From: Nitrospinaceae bacterium
GTDB lineage: Bacteria > Nitrospinota > Nitrospinia > Nitrospinales > JACRGP01
DNA: 64,000 nt
Assembly (NCBI GenBank): GCA_029261555.1
Contig: JAJDBB010000095.1
Location: 33,511 to 97,510, forward strand
Direction of reading: 5' to 3'
Shown here one piece after another: positions 36,408-46,419 of this stretch (its first letter is position 1; each line of letters begins with the position of its first letter). The position numbers and the translations under genes were made by a program. Under the pieces are notes generated by a model, which was given only the letters and a program-made list of their open reading frames with translations, was not told where the DNA came from and searched no databases.

Positions 36408-37424
36408 TCAGTCCTTCAATGCCGCCTGAATTTCCGGCAGGGTTAACAATAACTCCTCGACTTCTTCAACGGACAACTGGACGGTATTCCCGGACGTGTA
36501 GTCTTCCATCGCGGCTTCTTCGGGGTCGCCCTCGACAAAATACTTATTGTAATTGAGATCGCGCGCGTCCATTTTCACCCGGTAATAATCGCCCATGTCT
36601 TCGGCCTGGCGCAACTCTTCGCGGGTCGCCAGGGTTTCGTGGATTTTTTCGCCGTGGCGCATGCCGATGACCTTTACGGGAACGTCGGACTTAAAAATAT
36701 TTTTCAGCGCCTGGACCAGATCGTCCATCGAGCAGGAGGGCGCCTTGCGTATAAAAATATCCCCCTGCCTGCCGTTTTGAAACGCAAACACCACCAGATC
36801 GATGGCCGCGCTGAGGGGCAACATGAAGCGCGTCATCTCCGGCAAGGTCAGTGTGATTTCGCGATTCGCCTTGATCTGGTTGATGAACAACGGAATCACC
36901 GAGCCTCGGGATAGCATCACGTTTCCGTAGCGGACGCTACAGATCAGAGAATCGTCCTCGCCGAGGTTTCGGGAAAACGCGCGCGCTGCCTTTTCCATCA
37001 GCGCCTTGGTCATGCCCATAGTATTGATGGGGTAGACCGCCTTATCGGTGCTCAGGCAAACGACTCTGGAGACGCCCGCTTGCTGGGCGGACGCCACGAC
37101 GTTTTGGCTTCCGATCACATTGGTCTGAACCGCCTCCATGGGAAAGAATTCGCAGGAAGGCACCTGCTTCAACGCTGCGGCGTGGAAAACGTAGTCCACA
37201 TTGCGCATCGCGCTGTCGACGCTGGAACGGTCCCGGACGTCGCCAATATAAAATTTTACTTTCGGATTGTTCAGGCCCAGTCGCATTTCCTCCTGCTTCA
37301 ATTCGTCGCGGCTGAAAATCCGAATCTCCCTGAAAGGTTCGTCGGCCAGGTACTTCAAAAACGCATGGCCAAAGGACCCCGTGCCCCCCGTTATTAAAAT
37401 GGATTTGTCTTCAAAAGAACTCAC
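36408..37424 (-). CDS. fnlA: UDP-GlcNAc 4,6-dehydratase/5-epimerase (FnlA/WbjB/CapE)
   Basis: TGGTGSFG, FSRDELKQ, AALKQVPSCEFFP, LSTDKAVYP, RYGNVMLSRGSVIP. Confidence 0.93.
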   Translation of the reverse strand: MSSFEDKSILITGGTGSFGHAFLKYLADEPFREIRIFSRDELKQEEMRLGLNNPKVKFYIGDVRDRSSVDSAMRNVDYVFHAAALKQVPSCEFFPMEAVQTNVIGSQNVVASAQQAGVSRVVCLSTDKAVYPINTMGMTKALMEKAARAFSRNLGEDDSLICSVRYGNVMLSRGSVIPLFINQIKANREITLTLPEMTRFMLPLSAAIDLVVFAFQNGRQGDIFIRKAPSCSMDDLVQALKNIFKSDVPVKVIGMRHGEKIHETLATREELRQAEDMGDYYRVKMDARDLNYNKYFVEGDPEEAAMEDYTSGNTVQLSVEEVEELLLTLPEIQAALKD

Positions 37425-37688
37425 GCAAATTCCTTATGGATAATTTCGAATGTTCGGAGGAACCAACCGTTTTGCCGAAAACGCGATTCACAAATACGGA
37501 ACGTTTGCGTCAATATAACAAAACGGCAAATTAAACGAAATCAAATTAAATCGCCGTATTGGAGCGACGGTTGTGCGTTTACATTTGAGGCGGAGAAACT
37601 TAGAATTAGATTGTAGAACGTCGCCAAATTTTTTCCCATAATTCCAAACAGCGCCGCACATTAACGATTCCCTAAAAAACGCCATTCA

Positions 37689-39419
37689 ATGAAAGATTGG
37701 TTCCTCCTTATTTTCCTCGTCCTGACGGCCTATCTGGGCGTTCAATCCATGTTTCTTCCTATTTCCGGGTGGGCGGTCACTTCCCTGTTCAGTTATCTGG
37801 CTTTGTGTTTTTTGTTGATCAATTTAGCTCACCTGAAAAACGCCGGGATTTTAAAATCGCGAATCACCTGGACGACCGGTCTGTTTCTGGCTTTCATGGG
37901 TTGGACCGCCGTCGGTTTTTTTTACTCTGTCCGGCCCGACGACAGTTTTGACTCCCTTGCCAATTATCTCGCCGCCATGGCATTTGGAGTCGGCTTGCTA
38001 TTGTGTTTGAACACGACGGCTTTTGTGGACCGAATCATGTGGGCGGTGATTTTAGCCGCCTGCGGCCACGGACTTTTGAGCCTTGGTTTTCAATTTGCCT
38101 ACCCTTTGGAATCCAAACTTTGGGTGTCGATTTTTCCCAACGACAATATCATCGTCTATTATTATTTTTTTCCGCTGGCATTTTGCTGTTTCCAGTACAA
38201 AAAAAATCCCGACCGCTTGCATAAAATCGTCGCCGGGAGTGGGTTCGTATTGATCTGGCTCAACATGTTTTTCACGGCCTCGCGCGGCGGTTGGTTGCTC
38301 CTTATTTTGGGAACCATACTGATCCTGGGCAGGGAATGCCGACAAAAAGATTTTCGCTTCGTTTACAGCATGGCCGCTGGAATTCTGATCACCGTGACCC
38401 TTTTTATAAGCGTCAAAACTTTTCTTCATTACCAGCGCCCGCAATCCGATTCAAACCCGCCCGTCGTCAAGGCCACCATTTTCGAAGAGGGGTTGGATTT
38501 TTCAATCGCCTCCTATCTGCGAATTGCCTACTGGCAAGGGGCTTTAGATATTTTCGCCGACCATTGGCTGTTGGGGTCCGGACCCCATACCTTCTCCACC
38601 CTCTACTCGAATTATGATCGGTTCAACCTCCCTCCCAACCAAATGCCGCACGACGCCCACAATCTTTATTTACAGACTTTGGCGGAAAATGGCGTGGTGG
38701 GTTTTGCTTTGTTGTTCGCTTTTGTATTTCACGTCTACCGCCGCCTCAACAAACTTTTAAAGAACGACGACCACCCGGAAAAGGACCGGCTTTTTTATCT
38801 GGGCACGGCCCTTAGCTTTTACCTTCTGTATAATTTGATCGGCTTTATCGTTCTGCCCCAGTTTTTTCTTTATCACTTCACCTTGCTTGTCTTCCTGATA
38901 GACTTTTTGGACCGAAAGTTTTCGCCCAAACCTCCCGCAACGCTTGGCTCCGCGAGGAGTTTCATCGCGTTTGCCTTCTCGATATTTGCGCTTGGCGTCG
39001 CCGGGGCGGGTTATCATTTTGCTTATTACAATATGAACGCTTCAATTATCCGCACAAATTCTTTTGAGGAAATAGCGGAAACTCTTAAGACGGCCAAAAG
39101 GCTCTGCCCAAAATGCGACCACCCTTATCTTTTCATGTCCGAAGCGTTGTCTCAAAAATACAAACAAAACCAGAATCCACGACTCATGGACCTTGCGGAG
39201 GAGGAAATCCGGGAAGCCCGGAAGATTTCAGACAGCGCGGAGTCAATGTATTATCTGGGACAAATACGTCTTCAACAAGGCAACCTCCGGGAGGCAAGAA
39301 AATATTTCACCAAAGCTTTGAATTCCAAAAGAGTCCGGTACGTGGCGCAGACCATACTCAACGAAATGACTATTCAAAGCGTTGCCCAGGGCCGTCGGGC
39401 ATTTCGTCCGGCGCCTTGA
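37689..39419 (+). CDS. O-antigen ligase (Wzy_C/WaaL/PglL-like) membrane protein with C-terminal TPR
   Basis: TASRGGW, R..YW..A...F.DHWLLGSGP.TF, HDAHNLYLQTLAENG, many TM segments, TPR tail. Confidence 0.85.
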   Translation: MKDWFLLIFLVLTAYLGVQSMFLPISGWAVTSLFSYLALCFLLINLAHLKNAGILKSRITWTTGLFLAFMGWTAVGFFYSVRPDDSFDSLANYLAAMAFGVGLLLCLNTTAFVDRIMWAVILAACGHGLLSLGFQFAYPLESKLWVSIFPNDNIIVYYYFFPLAFCCFQYKKNPDRLHKIVAGSGFVLIWLNMFFTASRGGWLLLILGTILILGRECRQKDFRFVYSMAAGILITVTLFISVKTFLHYQRPQSDSNPPVVKATIFEEGLDFSIASYLRIAYWQGALDIFADHWLLGSGPHTFSTLYSNYDRFNLPPNQMPHDAHNLYLQTLAENGVVGFALLFAFVFHVYRRLNKLLKNDDHPEKDRLFYLGTALSFYLLYNLIGFIVLPQFFLYHFTLLVFLIDFLDRKFSPKPPATLGSARSFIAFAFSIFALGVAGAGYHFAYYNMNASIIRTNSFEEIAETLKTAKRLCPKCDHPYLFMSEALSQKYKQNQNPRLMDLAEEEIREARKISDSAESMYYLGQIRLQQGNLREARKYFTKALNSKRVRYVAQTILNEMTIQSVAQGRRAFRPAP

Positions 39420-39508
39420 ATTTAGACGTCAATTTGGCAATAATCCCTTGAAGCGCGAGACGCTTCAACTCAACAAACCTTGTTTGCCTTATCGCCTTTC
39501 GGATCGCC

Positions 39509-40360
39509 GTGGATTTATCGTTTATCACAATTAATCACTACAACTCCAGGGCATTGCAAACCTGCCTGCAATCCATAGAAGACTCCGCCGGGAAATTGTC
39601 CCATGAAATCATCGTGGTCGATAACAGCGCCGGCGATCCGGATTTCATCGATCTGAAAAAAAAGTTTCCTCGCGCGCGATACATCGCCAACCCGCAAAAC
39701 GTGGGGTTCGCTGTCGCCAATAATCAGGGCGCCCGGAAAGCCCGGGGCGAGACGCTCCTGTTTATCAATCCAGACGCGGTTCTTCATGAAGGCGCCGCCG
39801 AGCGTCTGCTGGCCTTTTGCAAAACCCATCCAGACGCGGGAATCGCAGGCCCAAAGGTATTGAACGCCGACGGGTCTCTGCAATATTCCTGCAGAAATTT
39901 CCCCACACTGTGGTCCGGCCTGTTCAATCGCTATTCCCTGTTGACCCGGCTATTTCCCAACAACCGGTTTTCCGCGGATTACTTGATGCTGGATTTCGAC
40001 CACGACTCCGTAAAGGAAGTGGATTGGGTATCGGGATGCTGTATGATGATCCGCAAAGAGGTCTTCCGGCAAATTGGCGGGTTCGATGAAAATTATTTTT
40101 TGTTCAACGAAGACGTCGACATTTGCCGCGCCGCCTGGAACAACGGATTCAAAGTCGTTTATTGCCCCACGGCGCAGATCAATCACGATATCAGTTCCAG
40201 CAACAGCAAAACCCCCGCCCGAATTGTTATTCAAAGGCATCGAGGGATGAGCTACTATTACAAAAAACATCATTCCGCGAACGTTCTCAAGCGATTTTTT
40301 GTGAACGCCATGGTCGGCCTGCGCTGTTGTTCCCAATTGATTCTCAACGTTTTCAAATAA
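39509..40360 (+). CDS. GT2 glycosyltransferase (WbbL-like)
   Basis: IIVVDN, NVGFAVANNQG, FINPD, WVSGC, FNEDVD. Confidence 0.9.
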   Translation: MDLSFITINHYNSRALQTCLQSIEDSAGKLSHEIIVVDNSAGDPDFIDLKKKFPRARYIANPQNVGFAVANNQGARKARGETLLFINPDAVLHEGAAERLLAFCKTHPDAGIAGPKVLNADGSLQYSCRNFPTLWSGLFNRYSLLTRLFPNNRFSADYLMLDFDHDSVKEVDWVSGCCMMIRKEVFRQIGGFDENYFLFNEDVDICRAAWNNGFKVVYCPTAQINHDISSSNSKTPARIVIQRHRGMSYYYKKHHSANVLKRFFVNAMVGLRCCSQLILNVFK

Positions 40361-41430
40361 TGTTTCCAAATCCTCCCGTCGCCTCTGCGGTTTACTGGGT
40401 CGTTCCAGTTTCCGCTTTTGCTCTTTCAGTTTGCATATCCGGTCTGCTCGCGCGCTTTGCCGCCCCGGAAAGGATTAAAAATCCCGCCCGCCGCGCCCCC
40501 CTAAACTCGGCGGGAAAACCCGTTGCAACCTTTGGCGGTCTGGGCGTGATCCTTTCCTTTCTGGCGGCCCTTTGGATCGCCCATTTCATGACCCCTCCGG
40601 AGAGTCGGCTGTTCGATCTGTTTCTTATCCTGACTCTGGGCGCGAGCGCGATGTTAATCTTGGGCGTCCTGGACGACTTGTTTGAATTTTTCGCAAAAAC
40701 CAAATTTATTTTTCAGGCCCTCATCGTTCTGGGGCTCTACTTTTCCGGGTTCGGCGTTCCACAGGTAGGAAGCCTGGAGCTTTGGAAACCGCTCTCTTTC
40801 CTGCTCGCTATTTTGTGGATGGCCGGAATGGCCAACGCCGTGAACCTGATCGACGGTTACGATGGACTGGCCGGCGGAATCATCCTCATTTCCTGCCTCG
40901 CCATGTTTCTTGTCTACCTGGGCCGCGACTTACACCTCGCCGCCTTGCTGGCCATCGCCCTGTCGGGAAGTCTGCTGGGATTTTTCATTTTCAATTTTCC
41001 GCCCGCCAAAATTATTCTTGGCGATACCGGCAGTTTGCCCATTGGCCTGCTCGCTTCGCTCATCGCTCTTTTCCCGGTCAATCAGGGGTTTGTGGATGAA
41101 ATTTATTTTCTGATACCGGTCGTCCTCCTCCTGTACCCGATGCTCGACGCATTCCACTCATTTGCGCGCCGCATTCTCGCGGGGAAAAACCCATTCCAAA
41201 AAGACGAATTGCATTTCCACCATCGCCTCGCCCGCCTGGGATTTTCCTCGAAGCAAATTATTTTTTTGCTCTACGGCATTTCGATTTATTTTTGCCTCCT
41301 CTCCCTGGTTCCCATTTACGACGTCAATCTCATTCCAAACTTCATTCCCATTTTTTTGGTTTTCATTATTATAAATGTCGCGTTGTTCCTGTTCCTTTTA
41401 AGCCGTTACGAAAAAAAAGTCGGCTCCTGA
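40360..41430 (+). CDS. wecA: Undecaprenyl-phosphate GlcNAc-1-phosphate transferase (WecA/MraY family)
   Basis: LGVLDD, NAVNLIDGYDGLA, FNFPPAKIILGDTGS, HFHH. ATG at 40360 overlaps the upstream TAA. Confidence 0.88.
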   Translation: MFPNPPVASAVYWVVPVSAFALSVCISGLLARFAAPERIKNPARRAPLNSAGKPVATFGGLGVILSFLAALWIAHFMTPPESRLFDLFLILTLGASAMLILGVLDDLFEFFAKTKFIFQALIVLGLYFSGFGVPQVGSLELWKPLSFLLAILWMAGMANAVNLIDGYDGLAGGIILISCLAMFLVYLGRDLHLAALLAIALSGSLLGFFIFNFPPAKIILGDTGSLPIGLLASLIALFPVNQGFVDEIYFLIPVVLLLYPMLDAFHSFARRILAGKNPFQKDELHFHHRLARLGFSSKQIIFLLYGISIYFCLLSLVPIYDVNLIPNFIPIFLVFIIINVALFLFLLSRYEKKVGS

Positions 41431-41431
41431 C

Positions 41432-43480
41432 ATGATCGAAACCGCAAACCAAAATAGGCGCGGAGCCCTTGTAGCAGGCCTGGCGATTACCCTCGCGGTC
41501 CTGTTGGTTTATTTCAACGCCCTTGAGGTTCCCCTCTTATTCGACGACGAAAACACCATTCGCAAACACGGATCGCTAGCGGACGAGTTTCTAACTTTAG
41601 AACGCCTTCGCTACCGCCACCTTTTTTACGGCTCGTTTTCCGCCAACTACGTGCTCGGAGGGTTTCAACCCCTCGGGTATCACCTGTTCAATACGGCGGC
41701 GCACGTGGGGACGTCGATTCTTGTTTTCTGGATAGCCTTCCTCACGTTGAGCCGGGGAACCGGCCAGGGCTCCAAAGCCGCTCGCCGGATCGCGGTCGTC
41801 GCCGCCCTGTTTTTCGCGCTTCACCCGGTCCACACCGAATCCATCTCCTACCTTTCCGGCCGAGCCACCTCCCTTGCCGCGTTTTTTTACTGCCTGTCCC
41901 TCTTTATGTTCATCATGGGAAGTCTGAAGGAGACGCCCCTCAAACTGCCTCCCTGGTTGGCGTATCCCGCGTCGCTTTTCTTTTACGGATGCGCCGTGCT
42001 CAGCAAGGAAACGGCGGTCGGCCTCATCGTCGTCGCGGTTCTATACGACTTTTTTTTCATGCGGGGAGAAAACTGGGCGTCGCTCAAACGCCGTATTTTG
42101 TGTTTTTATTTGTGGTTTCCCGTCCTAGCGCTGTTTGTAATCGTCAAGGTTCCAGACCTGACGAATCTAGCTAAATTGTGGTTGGCAAAAATTGATCCCC
42201 TGTACGCTCTCCTGCAAATAAAATATTCTTTTTATCCGGCGTTGATCTATTTTCTTCCCGTCAATTTAACGTTCGACTACGACTTTCCAACCGTCCTGAA
42301 TTTGTTTCAGCCTCATTTTATTCTGGCGGCGTCCGGATTTCTCCTTCTTTTATTTTTGATCCTGAAAAAATTTTATATCCAATCTCCCATTCTGTCTTTT
42401 TGCGCTTTATGGTGTTTGATCAACCTGGCTCCGACCAATAGTTTTTTGCCGCGAGCGGACGCGTTCAGCGAAAGAAATCTTTACCTGGCCTCCGTTGGCC
42501 TGGCGATCTTTTTCGCCGTCGCCGCCTATTCAATTATCGAGTCGCAAAAAATCCGCCGGACTCACCTGGCAAGCTTCGGTTATTGTCTCGTCATTCTGGT
42601 TCTGATATTGAATTCCGCCTTGTTGATCCATCGCAACCGCGTCTATCAACAGCCGACCGTCCTGTGGGAAGACAGCTACGCAAAAGCTCCGGGCAAAGCG
42701 CGTATTCTGCAAAACCTGGCGCGAGCCTATATTCTAAAAGACGATTACGACAAAGCCTTCGTCGTTCTACAAGAACTCAAGACGCGGGCGCCCGCCCTTT
42801 ATTTCGCGCGATTGAATCTGGGAAAAATATACGTCCATTTTGGAAAACCCGAACTGGCGCTCGCTGAATTTCTGGCCGCCGTAAAATCCAATCCCGCCGG
42901 CCCGGAGGGACATTTCAATCTTGCAAGTTACTACGCGACTGCGGGTCAACTTATTAAAGCCGCCCAGGAATACGACAATGTCGATTCCGCCGAACTGAAT
43001 GAAACAGATCGCCTCGCCCTACTTTTATCCAGAGGAAAACTGCAATACGATATGAAGGATTACGCCGCGTCCGAAAAACTGTTGCGGAAATTTCTCGCTT
43101 TGGACGGCGCCGAAGAATTAAAACCGGAAGCTTTTCTGTTTTTGGGAAAAACCTATCAGGCGACCGGGCGCCGCGAAAAGGCTCTGATCGCCTTCGGAAA
43201 AGTCGCCGGAACCAGACCCTTGACCGCCCAAGCTAAAAATCAAATGGCTATTCTACACGCCGAAGCGGGAGACAACGATCAAGCGCTGACATTGTTTGAA
43301 AAAGCCGTCGCGTTGGACCCTGCCCTGGTCGAAGCCCATTTTAATCTGGGCCGCTTTCTGCTGGAAACCGGCGGCGACAAAATCCTAGCCCGCCTTAGCC
43401 TGAATAGCGCGTTGGAACAGGTTCGTGATCCGGCCAAGGTCAAAATCATCCGCGATATTCTTGCGGCGGAATTCGATTAA
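41432..43480 (+). CDS. TMTC-like multi-TM protein with C-terminal TPRs (putative GT-C glycosyltransferase)
   Basis: LLFDD, GYHLFN, FALHPVHTESISYLSGR, LSKE, ERNLYL, then TPR repeats. Confidence 0.8.
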   Translation: MIETANQNRRGALVAGLAITLAVLLVYFNALEVPLLFDDENTIRKHGSLADEFLTLERLRYRHLFYGSFSANYVLGGFQPLGYHLFNTAAHVGTSILVFWIAFLTLSRGTGQGSKAARRIAVVAALFFALHPVHTESISYLSGRATSLAAFFYCLSLFMFIMGSLKETPLKLPPWLAYPASLFFYGCAVLSKETAVGLIVVAVLYDFFFMRGENWASLKRRILCFYLWFPVLALFVIVKVPDLTNLAKLWLAKIDPLYALLQIKYSFYPALIYFLPVNLTFDYDFPTVLNLFQPHFILAASGFLLLLFLILKKFYIQSPILSFCALWCLINLAPTNSFLPRADAFSERNLYLASVGLAIFFAVAAYSIIESQKIRRTHLASFGYCLVILVLILNSALLIHRNRVYQQPTVLWEDSYAKAPGKARILQNLARAYILKDDYDKAFVVLQELKTRAPALYFARLNLGKIYVHFGKPELALAEFLAAVKSNPAGPEGHFNLASYYATAGQLIKAAQEYDNVDSAELNETDRLALLLSRGKLQYDMKDYAASEKLLRKFLALDGAEELKPEAFLFLGKTYQATGRREKALIAFGKVAGTRPLTAQAKNQMAILHAEAGDNDQALTLFEKAVALDPALVEAHFNLGRFLLETGGDKILARLSLNSALEQVRDPAKVKIIRDILAAEFD

Positions 43481-43558
43481 ACCGCCACAAATTTTTTCAG
43501 AATTGTATATAATCCCACTCGGCTCAAAAAAAATTTTAACCTGGGAAAATTATTTGCC

Positions 43559-44863
43559 ATGCTGATCGAAAAAATCAAACAAAAAAAGGCCCGCGTGGGT
43601 ATTGTCGGCCTGGGCTATGTAGGCCTGCCTCTGGCGCTGGCCTTTGGCAAGGCGGGCTTTCCGGTTGTCGGGCTGGACCTGGACCAAAAAAAAGTGGACA
43701 AACTTTCCAAAGGGGAAAGCTACATTCACCATATTCCTAACGAGGCCATTCAGGAATTGGTCCGAGGCGGCGGTTTTTCCGCCAGCGTGGATTTCTCCCA
43801 GGTCCGCGATCTCGACTGCATCCTCATTTGCGTACCGACTCCTTTGAACAAGAACCGGGAGCCCGACATGAGCTTCATCGTGTCCACGGCCAAAAACTTA
43901 TCGCCTCATGTGACGAAAAATCAATTGATCGTTCTCGAATCCACCACCTATCCGGGCACCACGAATGAGGTTTTGATTCCGGAACTGGAGGCTCAATGCG
44001 GGCTGAAAGCCAATCAGGATTTTTTCGTGGCCTACTCGCCGGAAAGGGAGGATCCAAACAATAAAAAATTCACTACGGCCACTATTCCCAAGGTGGTGGG
44101 AGCGGATAGCGAATACGGCTTGCGGGCCGCCGAAGCCCTATACTCCAGCGTCATCGAGACCATCGTTCCGGTCTCCGGAACCATGGTGGCGGAAGCGACC
44201 AAGCTGATGGAAAATATTTTCCGCTCAGTCAACATCGCTTTGGTGAACGAGTTGAAAGTTGTTTTCGACCGTATGGGAATCGACGTCTGGGAAGTCATCA
44301 AGGCCAGTAGCACCAAACCTTTCGGCTTCATGCCCTTCTATCCAGGCCCCGGCCTGGGCGGACACTGTATCCCCATCGACCCATTTTATCTCGCCTGGAA
44401 AGCGCGCGAGTACAACGTCGCGACGCGGTTTATCGAGCTTGCTGGAGAAATCAACTGTTCCATGCCGGAATATGTGTTCCATAAAATCCAGACCAGCCTG
44501 AACAACGCCGGGAAAAGCCTCAAAGGCAGTCGTATATTGGTCCTGGGGCTTGCGTATAAGAAGGATATCGACGACGAGCGCGAATCGGTCAGCTACAAAA
44601 TCATGGACTTGCTGGATCACTACAGCGCCGAGATATTTTTCAACGATCCTTACATTTCGCAGGTGGGCAACAAACGTGAATACCCCCATTTCACGGGAAA
44701 GAAAAGCGTGGAACTTAAAAACCTGGACCAATACGATCTGGCGGTGATATTAACGGACCACTCGTGTTACGACTACCAGGACATTGTCAACCAATCCAAC
44801 ATCGTCGTCGACACGCGCAACGCCTGTGGCGGGATTCAATCGGAAAAAATTGTGAAGGCCTGA
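43559..44863 (+). CDS. wbpA: UDP-GlcNAc 6-dehydrogenase (WbpA-like)
   Basis: GLGYVGLP, CVPTP, ESTTYPGTT, SPERE, GPGLGGHCIPIDP. Confidence 0.88.
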   Translation: MLIEKIKQKKARVGIVGLGYVGLPLALAFGKAGFPVVGLDLDQKKVDKLSKGESYIHHIPNEAIQELVRGGGFSASVDFSQVRDLDCILICVPTPLNKNREPDMSFIVSTAKNLSPHVTKNQLIVLESTTYPGTTNEVLIPELEAQCGLKANQDFFVAYSPEREDPNNKKFTTATIPKVVGADSEYGLRAAEALYSSVIETIVPVSGTMVAEATKLMENIFRSVNIALVNELKVVFDRMGIDVWEVIKASSTKPFGFMPFYPGPGLGGHCIPIDPFYLAWKAREYNVATRFIELAGEINCSMPEYVFHKIQTSLNNAGKSLKGSRILVLGLAYKKDIDDERESVSYKIMDLLDHYSAEIFFNDPYISQVGNKREYPHFTGKKSVELKNLDQYDLAVILTDHSCYDYQDIVNQSNIVVDTRNACGGIQSEKIVKA

Positions 44864-44889
44864 TCGCCCTCCCCTATCTCTCTTTTAAT

Positions 44890-46419
44890 ATGCAATTTCT
44901 TCTTCATATAGACGTTCTGGCCGCACGCCTGCGCGCGCCGGAAACCTTGGACGATCTTTGGGCAAACTGTATCGCCGGAAACCTGAACGGATGGATTCTA
45001 TCCTCCACCGTATCCTCGCTTTCTGAACGCCTCTCCACCGCCCCCAAAAGCGAATCCCTGCGCGCCGGATTGAAACAAGCGATCGAATGCCTCTCTATTT
45101 TCCCCGTCACGGCAAAGGAATTGCGCGACGGATTGGAAGCTCCGGAAAGAATGGATATCGCGCTGGCCGTTTCCTGCGCCAAAGCGTTGAATCTGGATGG
45201 AATCGTGACGCTCGATCCGACGGCGTTTAAAAATTCCGGAGCGACCGTCTTGGAACCCAAACAGGCCGAAGCGCTTTTAAAAACCGGCAAACCGGTGGAT
45301 AGCGCGCCTCTGCTCGATGTCGGAGCCTCTTATCCGAAAATAATGGAAGCGGTGGAAGCATCCATGGCTCCCGTCGTGCGATCCGGAAAATTCATCCTTG
45401 GCTCCATCGTCGAGGAATTGGAAGAAGCCGTCGCCCGCTATTGTGAAAGTAAATATGCCGTGGGCGTCTCGTCGGGAACCGACGCCCTGTTAATTTCGCT
45501 GATGGCCGCGGGAATCGGGCCGGGCGACGAAGTGATCACCACGCCCTACACTTTCTTCGCCACAGCAGGGTCAATCGTTCGCACCGGAGCGCGCCCGGTA
45601 TTCGTTGATATCGATCCCGTCACCTTCAATATCGACTCCGCCAAAATCGAAGAAAAACTGACCGCCAACACGCGAGCGATTATGCCGGTGCATTTGTACG
45701 GCCAAAGCGCGGAAATGGCGTTGCTTCTCGATTTGGCGCGGGCCAAAAATTTGATCGTCGTCGAAGACGCCGCGCAAGCAATCGGTTCTGCATACAATGG
45801 GAAAAAGGCTGGCGGGATGGGAGATTTCGGTTGTTTCTCCTTTTTCCCAACCAAAAATCTCGGCGGGTTCGGCGACGGCGGCATGGTGACCGTTCAGTCG
45901 GAAGAAAATTGGGACCGGCTCAAGGTTCTGCGCAACCACGGTTCCCAACCGAAATATTTCCACAAAACCGTCGGCGGAAATTTTCGCCTGGACGCCCTGC
46001 AGGCCGCCGTGATTCAGGCCAAACTGCCGTTTCTGGACGGATGGATCGAGAACCGCAGGCGGAACGCCGCCCTGTACAAAAAACTGTTTCACGAAGCCGG
46101 TTTAAACGACCGCGTCCAAACACCCGATGAAATAGTCGCCCCGCACACCTACAACCAATTTGTGGTCCGCGTCGGCGGCCATAGGGACGCTTTGCGGAAA
46201 CACCTGGCGGAACGCAGGATATCGACAGAAATATATTATCCCTTGTGCCTACACATGCAGGAATGTTTTTCCGAACTGGGTTACCAGGAGGGCGGTTTCC
46301 CTGAAGCGGAGAAAGCCGCGAAAGAAACCCTCGCCCTACCGGTATATCCCGAACTGACTGAAAGGCAAATCGAATATATCGTAGACGGAGTCCGCCAGTT
46401 TTTTGAGAAACCTGCTTAG
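44890..46419 (+). CDS. Degenerate PIN-like domain fused to a DegT/DnrJ (WbpE-like) aminotransferase
   Basis: C-terminal part has SSGTDAL, PVHLYGQ, EDAAQA and SFFPTKNLGGFGDGG. The N-terminal ~125 aa look PIN-like (…DIALAVSCAKALNLDGIVTLDPTAFKNSG). Confidence 0.85.
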   Translation: MQFLLHIDVLAARLRAPETLDDLWANCIAGNLNGWILSSTVSSLSERLSTAPKSESLRAGLKQAIECLSIFPVTAKELRDGLEAPERMDIALAVSCAKALNLDGIVTLDPTAFKNSGATVLEPKQAEALLKTGKPVDSAPLLDVGASYPKIMEAVEASMAPVVRSGKFILGSIVEELEEAVARYCESKYAVGVSSGTDALLISLMAAGIGPGDEVITTPYTFFATAGSIVRTGARPVFVDIDPVTFNIDSAKIEEKLTANTRAIMPVHLYGQSAEMALLLDLARAKNLIVVEDAAQAIGSAYNGKKAGGMGDFGCFSFFPTKNLGGFGDGGMVTVQSEENWDRLKVLRNHGSQPKYFHKTVGGNFRLDALQAAVIQAKLPFLDGWIENRRRNAALYKKLFHEAGLNDRVQTPDEIVAPHTYNQFVVRVGGHRDALRKHLAERRISTEIYYPLCLHMQECFSELGYQEGGFPEAEKAAKETLALPVYPELTERQIEYIVDGVRQFFEKPA

